Below are positions 24,875-37,646 of a stretch of DNA of 64,000 nt, piece by piece (the first letter of the stretch is position 1; the number at the start of each line of letters is the position of its first letter). The stretch is from contig CM119371.1 of assembly GCA_051294905.1 (NCBI GenBank), positions 29,080,001-29,144,000 of the forward strand, in the 5' to 3' direction. The notes beneath the pieces are model-generated. The model was given only the letters and a program-made list of their open reading frames with translations, ran no database searches and was not told where the DNA came from. Origin of the DNA: Botryllus schlosseri (Eukaryota). A program made the translations under genes and the position numbers.

Positions 24875-27340
24875 TTCGTGTCCTGAATGTAGATTTATTC
24901 CATTCAGTCCAGATATGAAAGCCCCCCTCGCACATAATGGCGGAGAGGAATCTCAAATCGTGGACTCCCGCGTCATTGCACTTCAGAAGGTTCTAGGCGA
25001 TTCTTCCACAGCACTCGCAGCATTTATCGTCTTCGGGCGTCCCCTTGCTTTTTCCGGTCGGCATAGGCATGAGATTGCCACGAATTTCGACGGCCCCGAT
25101 ATAATTTCGCCCAGTAATAGGGGGGGTGCTCATTTTATCTACTCTTGGGCTTTCTGCAGTTCATTGGGGGGCTTTGAGGCCGCTACCATCCACGCGGCCA
25201 TCAGACGCTCTCGCATCCGGGCCGCCAGTGTCTCGTTGGTGTCCGTGGCTGAACACAACGGTTTCCGTGCGCTACGATAGGCGAATTCACCGCTTCGTCC
25301 TTTTTACGCCTTGGAGGCCAATCTCCGGGCTTCAGCACCGGTGTTTGTTGACTGAGTGACATAACACCTAGCCCGCCGTCGCCCTGATTCGAGTGGACAA
25401 ACGCGATCGGTGTATCCTTCGGGAGCCTAAGCCACCCCCGGACCGCCTCCCTCACCAGACGATCCATGCGACTCAAATATTCTTTGGTTGCATTCGCAAG
25501 CACCAGCTGATGTAACATAGTACATTAAGGTTGTGTTCTTCATTCATCTGATCTCCAATAACACGCAACACGCAAGGTCAATGATACCAAAGCAGGATCA
25601 CCTTCGCTCATCACAGTACTTTCTGAGCTCGTGTTACATAACTGAACTGTTTCCTGTACAGTTCCTTTGTTATCCGGCGACAGGTCGGGATCACGTTCTG
25701 CTCTGTCAGAGATAAACATTGTCAGAAGATGCCATGCTTGGTTTTCAACAGCTCTTTCCTCCTCAGTCGGCTGTCTTGTGTATGAACCTTCCCCACCAAC
25801 AGCTCCCTGGACCGCCCCACCAACAGCTCCCAGGACCGAAGACGATCCATGCGACTCAGATATCCTTCGGTCGCATTCGCAAGCACCAGCTAATGGAGCA
25901 TAGCTGGTAGTACGTGTTTGTTCAGTACGCACATACGCTGAAGCGGTTTCAAGGCAGCTCTTATAAGTTCGGAAAGCTTCTTTCTCAGACGGTCCGTTAC
26001 TTGGGCTCTGGTGTTTCAAGCATTGATTGCTACCCCGAGGTATTCGAACGAATCCGCAGGGCTCTCACGGACGCGCTGGCAACCCTCACGATGAAAGAAG
26101 GGTTGACCGCGCAGAGGTGTTATTCTTGCCGTCAGTCTGGATAAACAGACTTGCGCACTTCAGCGGGTTGATCTTAAGCCCGCATTCCGTCAGTTGCGAT
26201 TCAAGTTCCGCCAACTGCATCTGTAATGCCTTAGGATTCATGGCCGTAAGGATTATATCGTCGGCGAACGCCATGTGCGAGACACTGGCGCCCGCCAACT
26301 CAAAACCCAGTTCGCCATCTACTCGCGACCGGACCCAGTCAATGACTGTGTTAAATGAGACCAGATGTTGGATCACCCTGCCGGACGCCAGCACGGGTCG
26401 GTATGTTGTCTGGCCGAGACCCGGATACGCTAAGGCGAGTCGATAGAACGCTGAGGCCGGGGAAGGGGGCCGGGGCCCCCATTCTTCGCGACGCCGCAAG
26501 GATGGAATCTTGTGACACCGAGTCAAACGCCTTGGCTATCAACCGACACAAGGCACAGTTGCTTCCTCTTCTCCTACGCACAACCTATAAGCGTCTGCAG
26601 CAGAAAGGTATTCTGCAGGAGGCCGTCCCCTGGGCGTAAACGCCTTTCAGCGCGGATTCAGATTTAACCCGGCTTCCAGGCGCTGAGCCAGGATTCGATG
26701 AAAGGCTCTAAGAGTCACGTTAACTAACGTGATTGGACGATGTTCCGCCGGATCCGTCGTACCTTTCACTTTGGGTATTAGGATTGTATAAGCATCCTGG
26801 CGCCCGCCGGAGGATACGATGCGAGGAGACGGAGGTTGTAATTCGCTCTAAAGGTTTCCCTATCGAGCGATCGCGGCTCCTCGACGTCCGTCGGGTCTAT
26901 GTGCAGCGGCTTTCATTGTTCTTGAAGCCGCATCCAGCTCTGGTCTCTCGACCGGCCGGGCCAACTCCCATACCGTGGGGCTCAAAGACTCAGGCTCAGG
27001 GCCATTTCTGTCTCGAATATACCACGCCAGAACTCCTCGGCTTTCGCGGGGTGGAGCGGCACAGTGGCGGACTCTCTATGTTCACCGGATAAAACCCAAC
27101 GTGCACATTCCCCTCTGTTCATTCGGAATTTCCTCCGGCAGTGCCAGTAGTCCCAGCGCTTTTTCTCCAGAGGTCGGGAGGGTGGAGCAGGTTGCTTGCG
27201 CGCCACCGGGCGGGGTCTTTCGGGTCGACCGAACACCTCACGGTATTTGAGATCCACGAGCCTTCTGGTCTCCTCAGGATTGTCGAGGTCAAGTGTCTGT
27301 GGGTGGACCACAATGAGCTGGTGAGTCCTTGCAGAAAATA
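24875..27340 (-). mobile_element. Decayed R2-like (RLE-type) non-LTR retrotransposon: RT and thumb domains
   Basis: RPITLVNV..RAFHRILAQRL, AKAFDSVS, GVRQGDP, HMAFADDIIL, GLKINPLKC, VRGWLRLPKDTPIAFVHS..GDGGLG; ~390 bp of the endonuclease region is missing relative to 47820-48207. Confidence 0.9.
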
Positions 27341-27349
27341 ACCAAAGAA

Positions 27350-28050
27350 AAGGATATTTCAGAAATATCTCATCATAATCAGGAAATATGATGATAAGCT
27401 GGATTCGAATTTACGTGAAGCACCAAAATTGACGTATACATTATAGCTCAATGGGAAGCAAAATGTCAATTTTGCCCTGGCTTCAATCCATAATTCAAAT
27501 ATTGCAACTTGCTAAAGTTACTTGCCAAGCAAGGATGATATCGCTTCATTCTTGAGCCTTAGCAATGCTTGGTGGACAATTGTAAATTGGGGACATCGAT
27601 TTTCAACAACCCCTTGGCCAAAGCAGTGGTTCCACAAGATAGCAAAATCAATTTTCTTCGCGATTTCGCTAGTTGGCTTCTAAAATGGAGCGGATGTAAC
27701 CCCCAGAAGTATTCCCTGTCAAAGCAAACCTAATAAGCTCCAATTGAAACCACGCAGTTACAGATTATGGCAGACTTGTTTGCAGAGGAGTATCTGTTAA
27801 TCTAAGAAAATTCCAAAGTGACTCGATTGAACGAAAGTTCTCGTGGTATAAAAAATTTGCATAAATTACAGGGAGCATCATAGGGAGCATCATATTTCAG
27901 ACAAGTAAATGGATGATGTGGCGATTTAAATTACCGGATCAGTTCTATCTTCTAACAGTGACAGTGTATGTTGTTTCTGGGTACATTGGTAAGAAGGTCC
28001 TCAAAAATCGGCTTGACAGATGTGTTCCAAGTTATTTTTTTATCAGTCCA
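27350..28050 (+). mobile_element. P-element/THAP9-like transposase relic
   Basis: NLREAPKLTY..NGKQNVNFALA, FLSLSNAWWTIVN, KINFLRDFASWLLKW, RKFQSDSIERKFS, VSGYIGKKV; multiple stops and frameshifts. Confidence 0.75.
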
Positions 28051-28383
28051 GTGGTGCAAGTTCACACTTTTTCAACTTACTCGCTCGTGGGGGACTGCTT
28101 GCTCCCACAGAACGGCTCGCCAAGTTTGTTGCATCCAGTTTTTCAATCCTAGATGGTTCTGATCTCACCCCCTCGTTGCAGTGAGGGAAGCTAGCTAATA
28201 TGTTTCGCATCATTTTCGTGGGCCTTTGCATGTTATGATCATCGAGATCGAGCTTTGCAATCGACAATCATACAAAATTATATTGTGAATTTGTGTTACA
28301 ATAGGAATCGGACGCTGGTAAGTGCGTGTGTGAGAAAAGATGCCGTGAAAGACATCAGGGGTGGAGCCCAATTTCTCTGCTAA

Positions 28384-29900
28384 GGGTGGAGCCCAATTTC
28401 TCTGCTGAGTGGCGATTCTCTACTCAGCAACGATTTCGTTACTCAACTCACGCCAAAAAGTATACTCACACTCAAATGCGTCCAGATCAGCACTCAAATC
28501 TAAGTCAGCGCACCACCAGACTTGAGTAATAATTTTCACGGTCGAGCAGCCAACTGCAGGCAACACTCGCCAAATACCGGTACCAGAGTACCGGTATTGT
28601 CGTATACAGGACATAGGTACACTATTTCGCGATGTGAGGTTCTGCTGACGAATGACAGCGGTGGCGCTTGGACGGATGTTGTGTTTATGATTGTATTTGT
28701 CATTATCTTCTGTACCCTTTCGACTTGTCGTACGGCATCTCGGTGTACCGGAATTGTAACTTCAGCAGTCTGAATGCGCTAGCATCCCCCGCCGTCGCCG
28801 TTCTTACGGCGACAAAAAAGCCTAGAAAAAGACCCGACGAAAGAAAGCACTCATAAGGAATGGAAAAAACTAGAAAATGCCGTGGCTTCAAAAAGATCAA
28901 CATCGAAAAGAACTGTGATATCGGGCACTCTAGGCCGAGGTGGATGTCAGTATAAAAAAATATCGCAACTGCGTGTTGTTCGATGTCCTCATATCTGTTC
29001 ATTACATTGCATTGTGTCTTATCGCATTCTACATTGTGTGTATGACTTGTTCAGATGAAAAATATAACTCAACGATTATTATTAATATTACGCATGCTCT
29101 TCTCACAATTAAATAGACGAAGCATCTTGAACAGACCCCTAGCATGAACCTCGATCAGCTGATAGAGTTCCTGCAATATCAGTGTTGGGATGGATTCGCT
29201 ATACTTTCGAGCCAATTTTGACGATAACAGCAATAAGCCATTGGAAACAAACAATACTTAAATATTTAGGGGAGAAAATGTCGGGTGGTCTGGGTATTTC
29301 AGGAAGTTGAACGGTAGAGCGGCAAAGTGAATGGTCCGAAGAGAATTGGAGAGAAATCCTGAAAATATGTTGATTTTCCAATTTATTTTCACGATATGCA
29401 TTCTTTTTTTCTTTCCATAGCCTTATAAAGGCTATGGTTCTTTCAGGCCTGCACGTACGTGTTCGCCTGCTGTGAAACTTATCTTCATTAATTTCGAATG
29501 GGTTTGTAGCGTCTTGCAAATATACTTCTGTGGGGCATAGGAACGTTCCGGGTATCTTCAAGGATTTATATATTTCTATTGGGTCATCTTCAAAGAGTGT
29601 GGATCAGCTGGGGTGGTTCATTACATTTAGATAAAATCAGTGAGAACTGCGTCTACTCTGTACGTCAGTGACGAAATAGGGACGACAGCGTCGTGTTATC
29701 ACAAAATCGTTCACGCGTGTCCGGTCGAAGGCGAAAAAAAATCTGGCAACTACATCTCGGAACACGACGTCTGGAAATCTATACTTAACTGAGCAGAGAG
29801 AATTGGCGCGCACTCAACGCTGAGTACCAATCGATTTTTAGTTGAGTGGAGAATCGCATTTAAGCAGTACTTAGTTGAGGAGAAGAATTGGGCTCCACCC
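28384..29900. mobile_element. PIF/Harbinger element with decayed Myb/SANT-like gene on the minus strand
   Basis: TIRs gggtggagcccaatt / aattgggctccaccc; TAA TSD on both sides; ORF 29199-29561 has ERTIAFIRLWKEKKNAYRENKLENQHIF. Confidence 0.8.
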
Positions 29901-30220
29901 TAAAAAACAATAGTTGAGCAAGACGTAGCTTGCATGTGATGCATTTCATTCGCAGTACTTGTGGTCGAAGCTGGTCTGTTTGTATATACAATGTACGTTG
30001 TACATGTTTGTTTTCGCAAGCAGTTTCTCATATGACATTTATACCAATTCTTCACATACTCGAATTGATTTTACCATGCAATAAAAGAGTTCATGAGCAA
30101 GTCGGTGTTTTCTCACTACTTAGCCTACTGCGATCGGTGGATAACTGCATCTGCGACGACGTCTCTTGTCACTTTTTCGCGGTAAGATAATGATTTGGCT
30201 TGCTATACGGTACAATCAGC

Positions 30221-30845
30221 TCATTTGAGGCGAGGCGTCTGGTAGTGAGAAGAAAAATCGTGCATAAACGAGAATTTCAGTTCGGTGACCATCGGCCTGT
30301 TAGCTCTTGCAAGCGCAATGTACCAGACAAGGCTGTGAATATCGTAGGCCCCGGGTCGCCACCACTCAAGAAGTAATCGACTCGTCGTCATCAGCAGAAG
30401 CCAGGTCGCCCGGTAACTGTGCTGAGTCATCCACCAAGGAAAAGCAGCGTCATCATCGGCAGCAGCGTCAGCATGAAATTTCCGCTCGATGACTTCAGCA
30501 GGAATTTCGCACCGTTTAGTGCCAGAATCCTCCTCGATGATCTGTCTGATCGTTTCCTTCTGATTGCGCCAGAAACCGGACCGTAGGTGTTGTGCTGCCC
30601 CAGACCGATACTCGCGCTGGCCATTCAATCGTTCGACTATGGCATGTTTGGTTCTATTAAGGTAAGCATCGCCTTACTGGACGCTGGGCGATGCGAAACC
30701 CTAACCGTCCAACCATAATACTATCCAATCACTCTCACTACCCATGACGAGTATGGCCGCCAGGCCTTCATGGTCCGACCCCGGGGATGCGGTCAGATTG
30801 GTAGCCCTCTCTCAAGGCACAAGTATGGTGGCGGCGGGACAAGAG
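30221..30845 (-). mobile_element. Fragment of a second RLE-type non-LTR retrotransposon (region upstream of RT), continuing at ~36717-36900
   Basis: FWRNQKETIRQIIEEDSGTKRCEIPAEVIERKF resembles the pre-RT helix of R2/NeSL-type proteins; split by the 30846-36708 insertion. Confidence 0.55.
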
Positions 30846-31152
30846 CAATGTTCCCTCCAAGCTGCGCACGTGCGCAAATGCGCAGTGCTGAAACGGTCTC
30901 TGCGCACAGAAAATCTAAGCTGCGCACAAAAAATCCGAAGTGATGATTTTTTAAATCGTTGCGCAATGTTCCCCAAGGGACCGCGCAGACTCGTCAAAAA
31001 TTCTAGGGAACATTGCCAGGGATAAGTAGTGTTATCACTGAAGTCTGAAACTGAGGTACAAGTGCGGCTCATAAAGGTAAATATTACGATCCGTGAAGAA
31101 ATGTTAATTTGCATTGACGTGCGCCTCACGAAAAAGATTTTTCTTTTAGTAT

Positions 31153-32443
31153 GGGCCATTCCCAACCTGGACAACAAAAGTTGGAACCACTACAATCCCA
31201 AATCTTCTGAAATTCGGTACATGCATAGATGAGTTAATTTCGAACATAATAAAGTTTATTTGAGGAAATTGATTCCCGGGGTCAAAAGTTATGACATTTT
31301 GACAAATTGACGATTTTCTGCTCATTTCAGCTCTGCAGCATTCAGGTTTATCAATGTAAAATTCAAAAAAGGTGTAAACCAGAGGTGGGCAAACTACTGC
31401 CCGCGGGCCGCATGCGGCCTGCAATACCGTTTTGTGCGGCCCGCGAGAGTCTACAGCAGGGGTGGGCAAACTACGGCCCGCGGGCCGCATCTGCCCGCAA
31501 CACCGATTTGTGCGGTCCGCGAGAGTCTTAAACTCTTTTTTAATATTGATGAAATGAGTACTAAAAATCGAATTATTGCAGGGACTTGATCAATATATTT
31601 CAACATGATAATTCTAAGACACGTTCGAATCGTTTCTTAAGCACATCACTGAAATATTTAAAAATGAAGTGGCAAATCTGAAAGCCCACTTGTGATCCAA
31701 AGTATGTCAATCTCGTTGAAGCTATTCCGTTGTGATATTAAGTATTTACCTCAGATCAGTGATTCTCAAACTTTTTAAGACACGCCCCCACTCATGATGG
31801 TGGACGATTTTGCGCCCCCTTCCCGTCATATCACACAACGCAACTAAGATGCTAGCAAACCTACAACGGGTAGTTTTATGGCATGAAAGGTAACGAATGT
31901 GGATGAGAGATTTATAATTATCTATAATTCAGACTAAACGCAGAGCAATAACTATGATTTGAGTGTAAATCGCGCGGGGCGCGAAAATTTTTTCAGTCGA
32001 GCTCAAGGGGGGCGCGCCAATCAGTTTGAGAACCACCGTCTTAGAATTATCATATTGAAATATACTAAGGAAAAGTTATCAAGTCCCTGCAATAATTCGA
32101 TTTTTAGTACTCATTTCATCAATATTAAAAAAATAAGTTTCTTTAGACTCTCGCGGGCCGCACAAAAAACGGTGTTGCGGGCCGTAGTTTGCCCAACCCT
32201 GGTTTACAACTTTTTGAATTTTACATTGATAAACCTGAATGCGATAAACCTGAATGCTGCAGAGCTGAAATGATCAGAAAATCGTCAATTTTTCAAAATG
32301 ACATAACTTTTGACCCCGGGGATCAATTTTCCTCAAATAAACTTTATTGTGTTCGAAATTACCTCATTTATGCATGTAATAAATTTCAGAAGATTTGGAA
32401 ATGTGGTGGTTCCAACTTTTGTTGACCAGGTTGGGAATGGCCC
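31153..32443. mobile_element. Long-TIR foldback element with GGG termini and a 4-bp TSD (Sola2-like ends)
   Basis: gggccattcccaacctgg ... ccaggttgggaatggccc; gtat on both sides; arms ~31153-31620 and ~32038-32443; the homologous site near 11720 lacks it. Confidence 0.85.
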
Positions 32444-32865
32444 GTATGCTTGTACGCGTGAGCGACACTGATCTCATTTCAATACCGCAATTTTTTCCGG
32501 GAATGGCGAGATAACATGGTGTAACAAAGTTATAAATACCAATGGGCTAGCTCCAAGTTAATCTGCGAGAAACTAACGAATAGCGTGGCATGAACATTGC
32601 GTAAGATTTACCGTACAGTGTACACTGTACAGTCTACAATTACATTCCGTGAATTTTCGAAGTCATCACTTCCATCAGGCAAATCTGATCGCGTATGGTG
32701 ATAGGATAATATGCAGAATATGCAAGTATAAGCACCAATATTGTTTAAAGAATCCATCCATTCCCTTACAGACGTTGATCGGGAAATGCTGCAACTGTGC
32801 AGTGTAGTGCGTTGAATTACATCAGCTTCTCAGTAGCACAGATTATGATAATATTCGATTCGTTA

Positions 32866-33125
32866 ACCGACAAGATAGCGTAATGGTTAAGCCGTCCGGC
32901 TTCTTTATCGGTAGGTCGTGGGTTTGATCCCCGGCCGGGTCAGACCAAAGACCTGATTAGTAACACTGGTATCCATGGCTTCCCTGCTTGGCGCTCATGC
33001 ATTACTGGGATAGCATGGAGGGGTGGTGCATGACTTAGAAAGCCGTTAGGGCTATATCTGTACTTCCTTGTCCAGCGGCATATGCACATCATGCTCTCAA
33101 ATAAACTGCGTCCTTTCTTTCCTTT
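32866..33125 (+). mobile_element. tRNA-derived SINE with a Meta-domain-like body
   Basis: A box tagcgtaatgg (32876), B box ggtttgatccc (32921), body ggtcagaccaaagac...ggtatccatggcttccctgcttggcgctca, (cttt)-type tail. Confidence 0.8.
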
Positions 33126-33722
33126 GAACGGGAATCTTCTGTCGATAAGGGCATACGCTGATATTGTTCTTGGTTCAATCAGACTTGAATATTCGTATCA
33201 TTGTATCTGACTGTCTTGATAGTAAAGAGTGCATTGCCGGTATCAAGACGTCACATCAGTGTTTTAATGCGATAGGCCTATACATCGATCTCGATCGCAT
33301 GTATTGATTTTAACTGCGTTCTCGTGTAGTTATATATGTGACCATGTACACGGCTTTATTGTGGCGTCACAGATGGTCGCACAAAATGACGATTCGCCGT
33401 CTAGAATACTCGCGATTATAGGCGTCCGCGTCCATTTGTGTCGCTGCAAGTGTTTTGGCTGAATACTCGCTAATTCTGCTTAGCACTGTTTATACCAGAA
33501 ACGTGCTCGCGGGCCAGTTTTACCGTTTTGACGACGCTGCGGGCCGCAGCACTTATTTGGCGGAAATGAATTGTCCTATTGAAAGTGAGCCGATCCAGCA
33601 GACTGACAGTAAACACACATCGTCGAAATGTGATTTATTCTTGTATCAATTTAGGCCTGACACGAAAAAAATCATCACATTCATAACTATTTGTATAGAA
33701 TTGTTGTTGTAGGCCTACTTGC

Positions 33723-35000
33723 CAGCACCGTAACTGCCGCACCCCAACCCCCCAATTGGTGGGGGAGCGAGCTCGAAGGAGGCCCATAATTATTTCGTGA
33801 ATTAGCATAGATCATAGAATATTTTTTGAAAATTTATGCAATTTTTTCAAATTTTTTTCGCGCCGCGCGCGAATTCAAGTAGCCATTTGTCTTTGTTATT
33901 GGGTATTGGGCCATTACCGCGCCAAGACCTACCAAGAAATACAATCAAGTTTTGGGCCCATATAACATGCGACGCCAAGAAGTGTGCCAGAACGATCGGC
34001 AGCGAGAGAACCTTGGCCGAAAAGGTCTATCCCCTTATGCTGACCGAAGACTTCGTTATATATACAAAATACATATATGTTTAATTGTCCATAGGTGCCT
34101 AAATGACTGGCGCCGAATGTTGCTGTCTTTGCAATCTGAACCTCACAAGACAAATACCATCCCGCTGGTAATAGTTTTGTGCCAGTGAAGAAATGCCAAT
34201 TATAAATCGAGTGCGTCTCTTAGTTTAGAAGCTCACGTTTGGGCCATTCTATATTTTTTGTTATAGCAGACTGGAAGTCACGAAATAAAATCATGTAACG
34301 AAGTCATAGGAACGGGTCCACCCGCCGAAGATGTTTAATTATTATTTACGGGACCTCCCGTTTTCAAGACAGTTCACTCGGCTCTACCGGTGAATCTAAT
34401 TACGTGAGTAGAGAGGACAATAAATTGATAGCATAATATATATGCAATCGCCGATCTGATTGACCGATTTTATCATAAATTATCGAATATTTTCGCGCTT
34501 CGCGCTGCCTCACAATACAGTACAGATGATTTCGTGACAAACGCGAACAACGTGATGGGGGGGGGGGTCGTTTTACACCCTATGGGAGCACAAGACCCAC
34601 GTTTTTGGGGGCCTGACGAGATACTGTTTCGTTCCTGCCAATGGGTATACGCCCGAAGATGTTTAATTATTATTCAGTCGTCCTACCTTTTCAAACACAT
34701 CTCACTCAGTTCTACCGGCAAATCTGATTACGTGAGCAGAGAGAAGATAAAAATTGATAACAATAAATATGCAATTCCCGATCATACTGACCGATTCAAT
34801 CATGAATTCTAGAATTTTTCCGCGCTTAGCACGCTTAGACGATAAAAGCTCATTCACTAAACAAACTCCCAACAATATGATAAATAGCGGTATACAGGGT
34901 ATCGCAGGAGGGGGGTCTGGTTCGGCCTATAACCCTATGGGGGGCCCAAGACGAAGTTTTTTTTTGGGGGGGGGGCTGACGAAGTGCTGTTACGGCCCTG
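33723..35000 (+). mobile_element. Full-length copy of the CAGGGCCGTAAC-end family
   Basis: Ends cagcaccgtaac / gttacggccctg; flanks cctacttg(c) / cctacttg(a). Confidence 0.85.
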
Positions 35001-35787
35001 CCTACTTGATATATATTAATTATAAGAAATAGACACCATATGGGCGGACAAATGTATGATGCCATCATAAAAGCTATCGGGTTATAATTTTACAGCTACT
35101 ATGAATATTTTGAATTCAACAGTTTGATAATAGAGACTGATCTGATATCAAAACAATTATTAGATTGAGCATTGTAATTCCAATCCAGGATTCGGGTGTA
35201 CGTCAGATATGTAGGCTATTAATCTCATGGCCAAATATCTTCGAATACAATAGCAGAGAAAAATATCAATATAATATAAATATATTAATGAATGTGTCGT
35301 AGTGATTGAAATGTCGGAACGCTGAACGGCCCATTGTTGTTACATCGTTGGATCGTACCACTACGGTACTCGGTACCTTGAAGTGGCCTTAATAACATGG
35401 TTTTGCGACCAAATATGTAACTAACAGATTGCCCAAGGTTGCCATAACTACTTGCTTGCTTAGTTAGCGAAATACCAAGCTGCGACCTTCTGATCTATTA
35501 CTATTCACCTGATACGCGATTAGTTTGTTGTGTCCATGGTTCTAACAAATTCACGGCATTCCTAGTTTGTTCATGGTTCTAATAAATTCACGGCATTCCG
35601 AGTCAACTAGGGTCATTTTCATTTTGCCCTCGAGTTAGCCTGAGTCTGAGTAATTCTGAGAAAGGTCGCGTATAATTCCAACTCACAAATTTCAGTCACG
35701 AATCGTCTATGGGTCAGGTTTTGTCATCATGAATTGGAAATGTGGAGAAATAGTGAATCTTCCCCTGCATGGTAGCGTTTCCAATAG

Positions 35788-36010
35788 ATTTCGGAGCTAT
35801 TTAAGAGGGAATTTTGACTTAACAGCCTGAAACGATATATGTGACACTTGTATATTGTCAAATTATTTAAAATCGTGAAGTTTATTGAAAATCGTGAAGT
35901 TTGATGAATAGTTTCAGGATTTCGGAGCAATTTAAGAGGGAATTTCGACTTTATAACCTGAAACGATATATGTGACACTTGTATATTGTCAAATTATTAA
36001 AAATCGTATT
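35788..36010 (+). repeat. Tandem duplication with ~130-bp period
   Basis: gatttcggagc.atttaagagggaattt...gtgacacttgtatattgtcaaattat occurs at 35788 and 35918. Confidence 0.85.
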
Positions 36011-37646
36011 TTGTCAAATTATTAAAAATCTAAAATGTCGTCGCGGGCCGCGTGTTTGAGACCTCTGGTTTATACTGACGTGCCAAAACGAATGATTAAT
36101 TTTCCATCCCTTCACCCAGCCAAATTAACAAAGATGTGCGATTCATTTAACATGGAATAGTTGTCGGAGCATGTGAAAACGGATGACAAAACTATAAAAT
36201 TAGGTGAGATTTTTCGAGTGAGAAAGGTCTGCTCTGCACAATATGTCGCGTAGATAAAATAGCAAACGAATTTTCGGATGGTAAAATGTGGACACTGGAC
36301 ATCATGGAGGTCACGAAATAGCATCCTGTGACGAAGTCGTTGTACCAACGGGTACGCCCGAAGATGCTTGATTATTATTGAGGGGTCCTACCTTTTCCAA
36401 CACTCCTCAATGATCAGTTCTCCCGGTAAATTTGATTACGTGAGCAGATAGAGCATAAAAATTGATATCAATATACCGCTTCAATCATGAAATATAGAAA
36501 ATTTCCGCGCTTGGCGCGTTTAGCCCACACATCCACTAAACGGACATCCGATGCAGATGACAAGCAGCGATAAAAAGCGTAGAGCCAGCTGGGGGGTCTG
36601 GGGGGGCTTATCACCCTATGGGGGTTTGGTTGCGCACTGTTGTCCAAGGGCCTGCGCAGTGAGTTGGCGTGTTTGCGCAGACTCGTGAAAAATTAAGAGC
36701 GAACATTGGAGAAGAGGCCGCAGACGCCCCCAGCCAAAGCCTGCTTGTGCCAACTGTTTGAACCCTTGATAAGAAAGCAACCGACACAAAAGGGCCATAT
36801 TACGGCGCTTGTGACTTTGTGCTGTGTGAAACACCACAGTCTGTCACAAGCGTTACGGGGGAGGTTTACTGCGGTTCCTCCGGTTACCCCTAAAAACTGC
36901 ATATTTCATTTTTTATGATCTGATGCCGAATAAAATATTACAAACAAAAATATGATATATTGATACCCTTATATTAACGTGCACATGGAATGCATGATAG
37001 GTTACACCAGTGCTCTTCAACCGGGGTGGTCGTACACCCTAGGGTGTACCAGAATTTGCAAAGGGTGTACCACTCGGATGGGGTGTACAGGGGTGTACCA
37101 GATCCGAATCAAAATGAGCCGATGGCTAGCTATCACAAAGGCAGGTTTATGGGTCAGTACAGGTTGACGCACATGTTAATGAGCAATATAGTGCGATGTT
37201 ATCTCAAGTGTATACTGTACGCCGCTTGATTGTGATGTCATAAGAAAATATTTCTCCTATTCATTTAGCCGTCGGCAATAAACCAATGGTTCCGTTTGGT
37301 GTTGGAAAGTTCAGCTAGTCATTTGTCTTTTGTTGATTTTTGAGAAAACCGCCGTTATAGCTCAGACTTCTTGAACGGTACTTCCTACCCGACGTTAATA
37401 AATACCACAATGCACATAAATGAAGTGACGTAACCAACCAGGGTCGAAACAGCTTCCATGTTGAAATCGAAACCCTTCTGTTTTAAAATGCCGATTTTAT
37501 GTCCAATATTTCGCCATAGGCCTACATTTGTAATTTAGTATTTTGTTATTAGTGATGCAAATTAGTGACAATAGACTGCACATATCGGCATACGATCTGA
37601 GGTTGCTGACATCTCTTGCAGCCCATGTTTGTTGTTTGTTGTAGGG

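Larger units (their letters stand above)
30846..36708. mobile_element. Expanded inverted copy of the 10479-12035 hAT element with nested insertions
   Basis: Ends caatgttccctccaa / aagagcgaacattg; flanks gacaagag / gagaagag (7/8); internal blocks are reverse complements of 11720-12035, 11520-11700 and 10479-10930. Confidence 0.8.
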
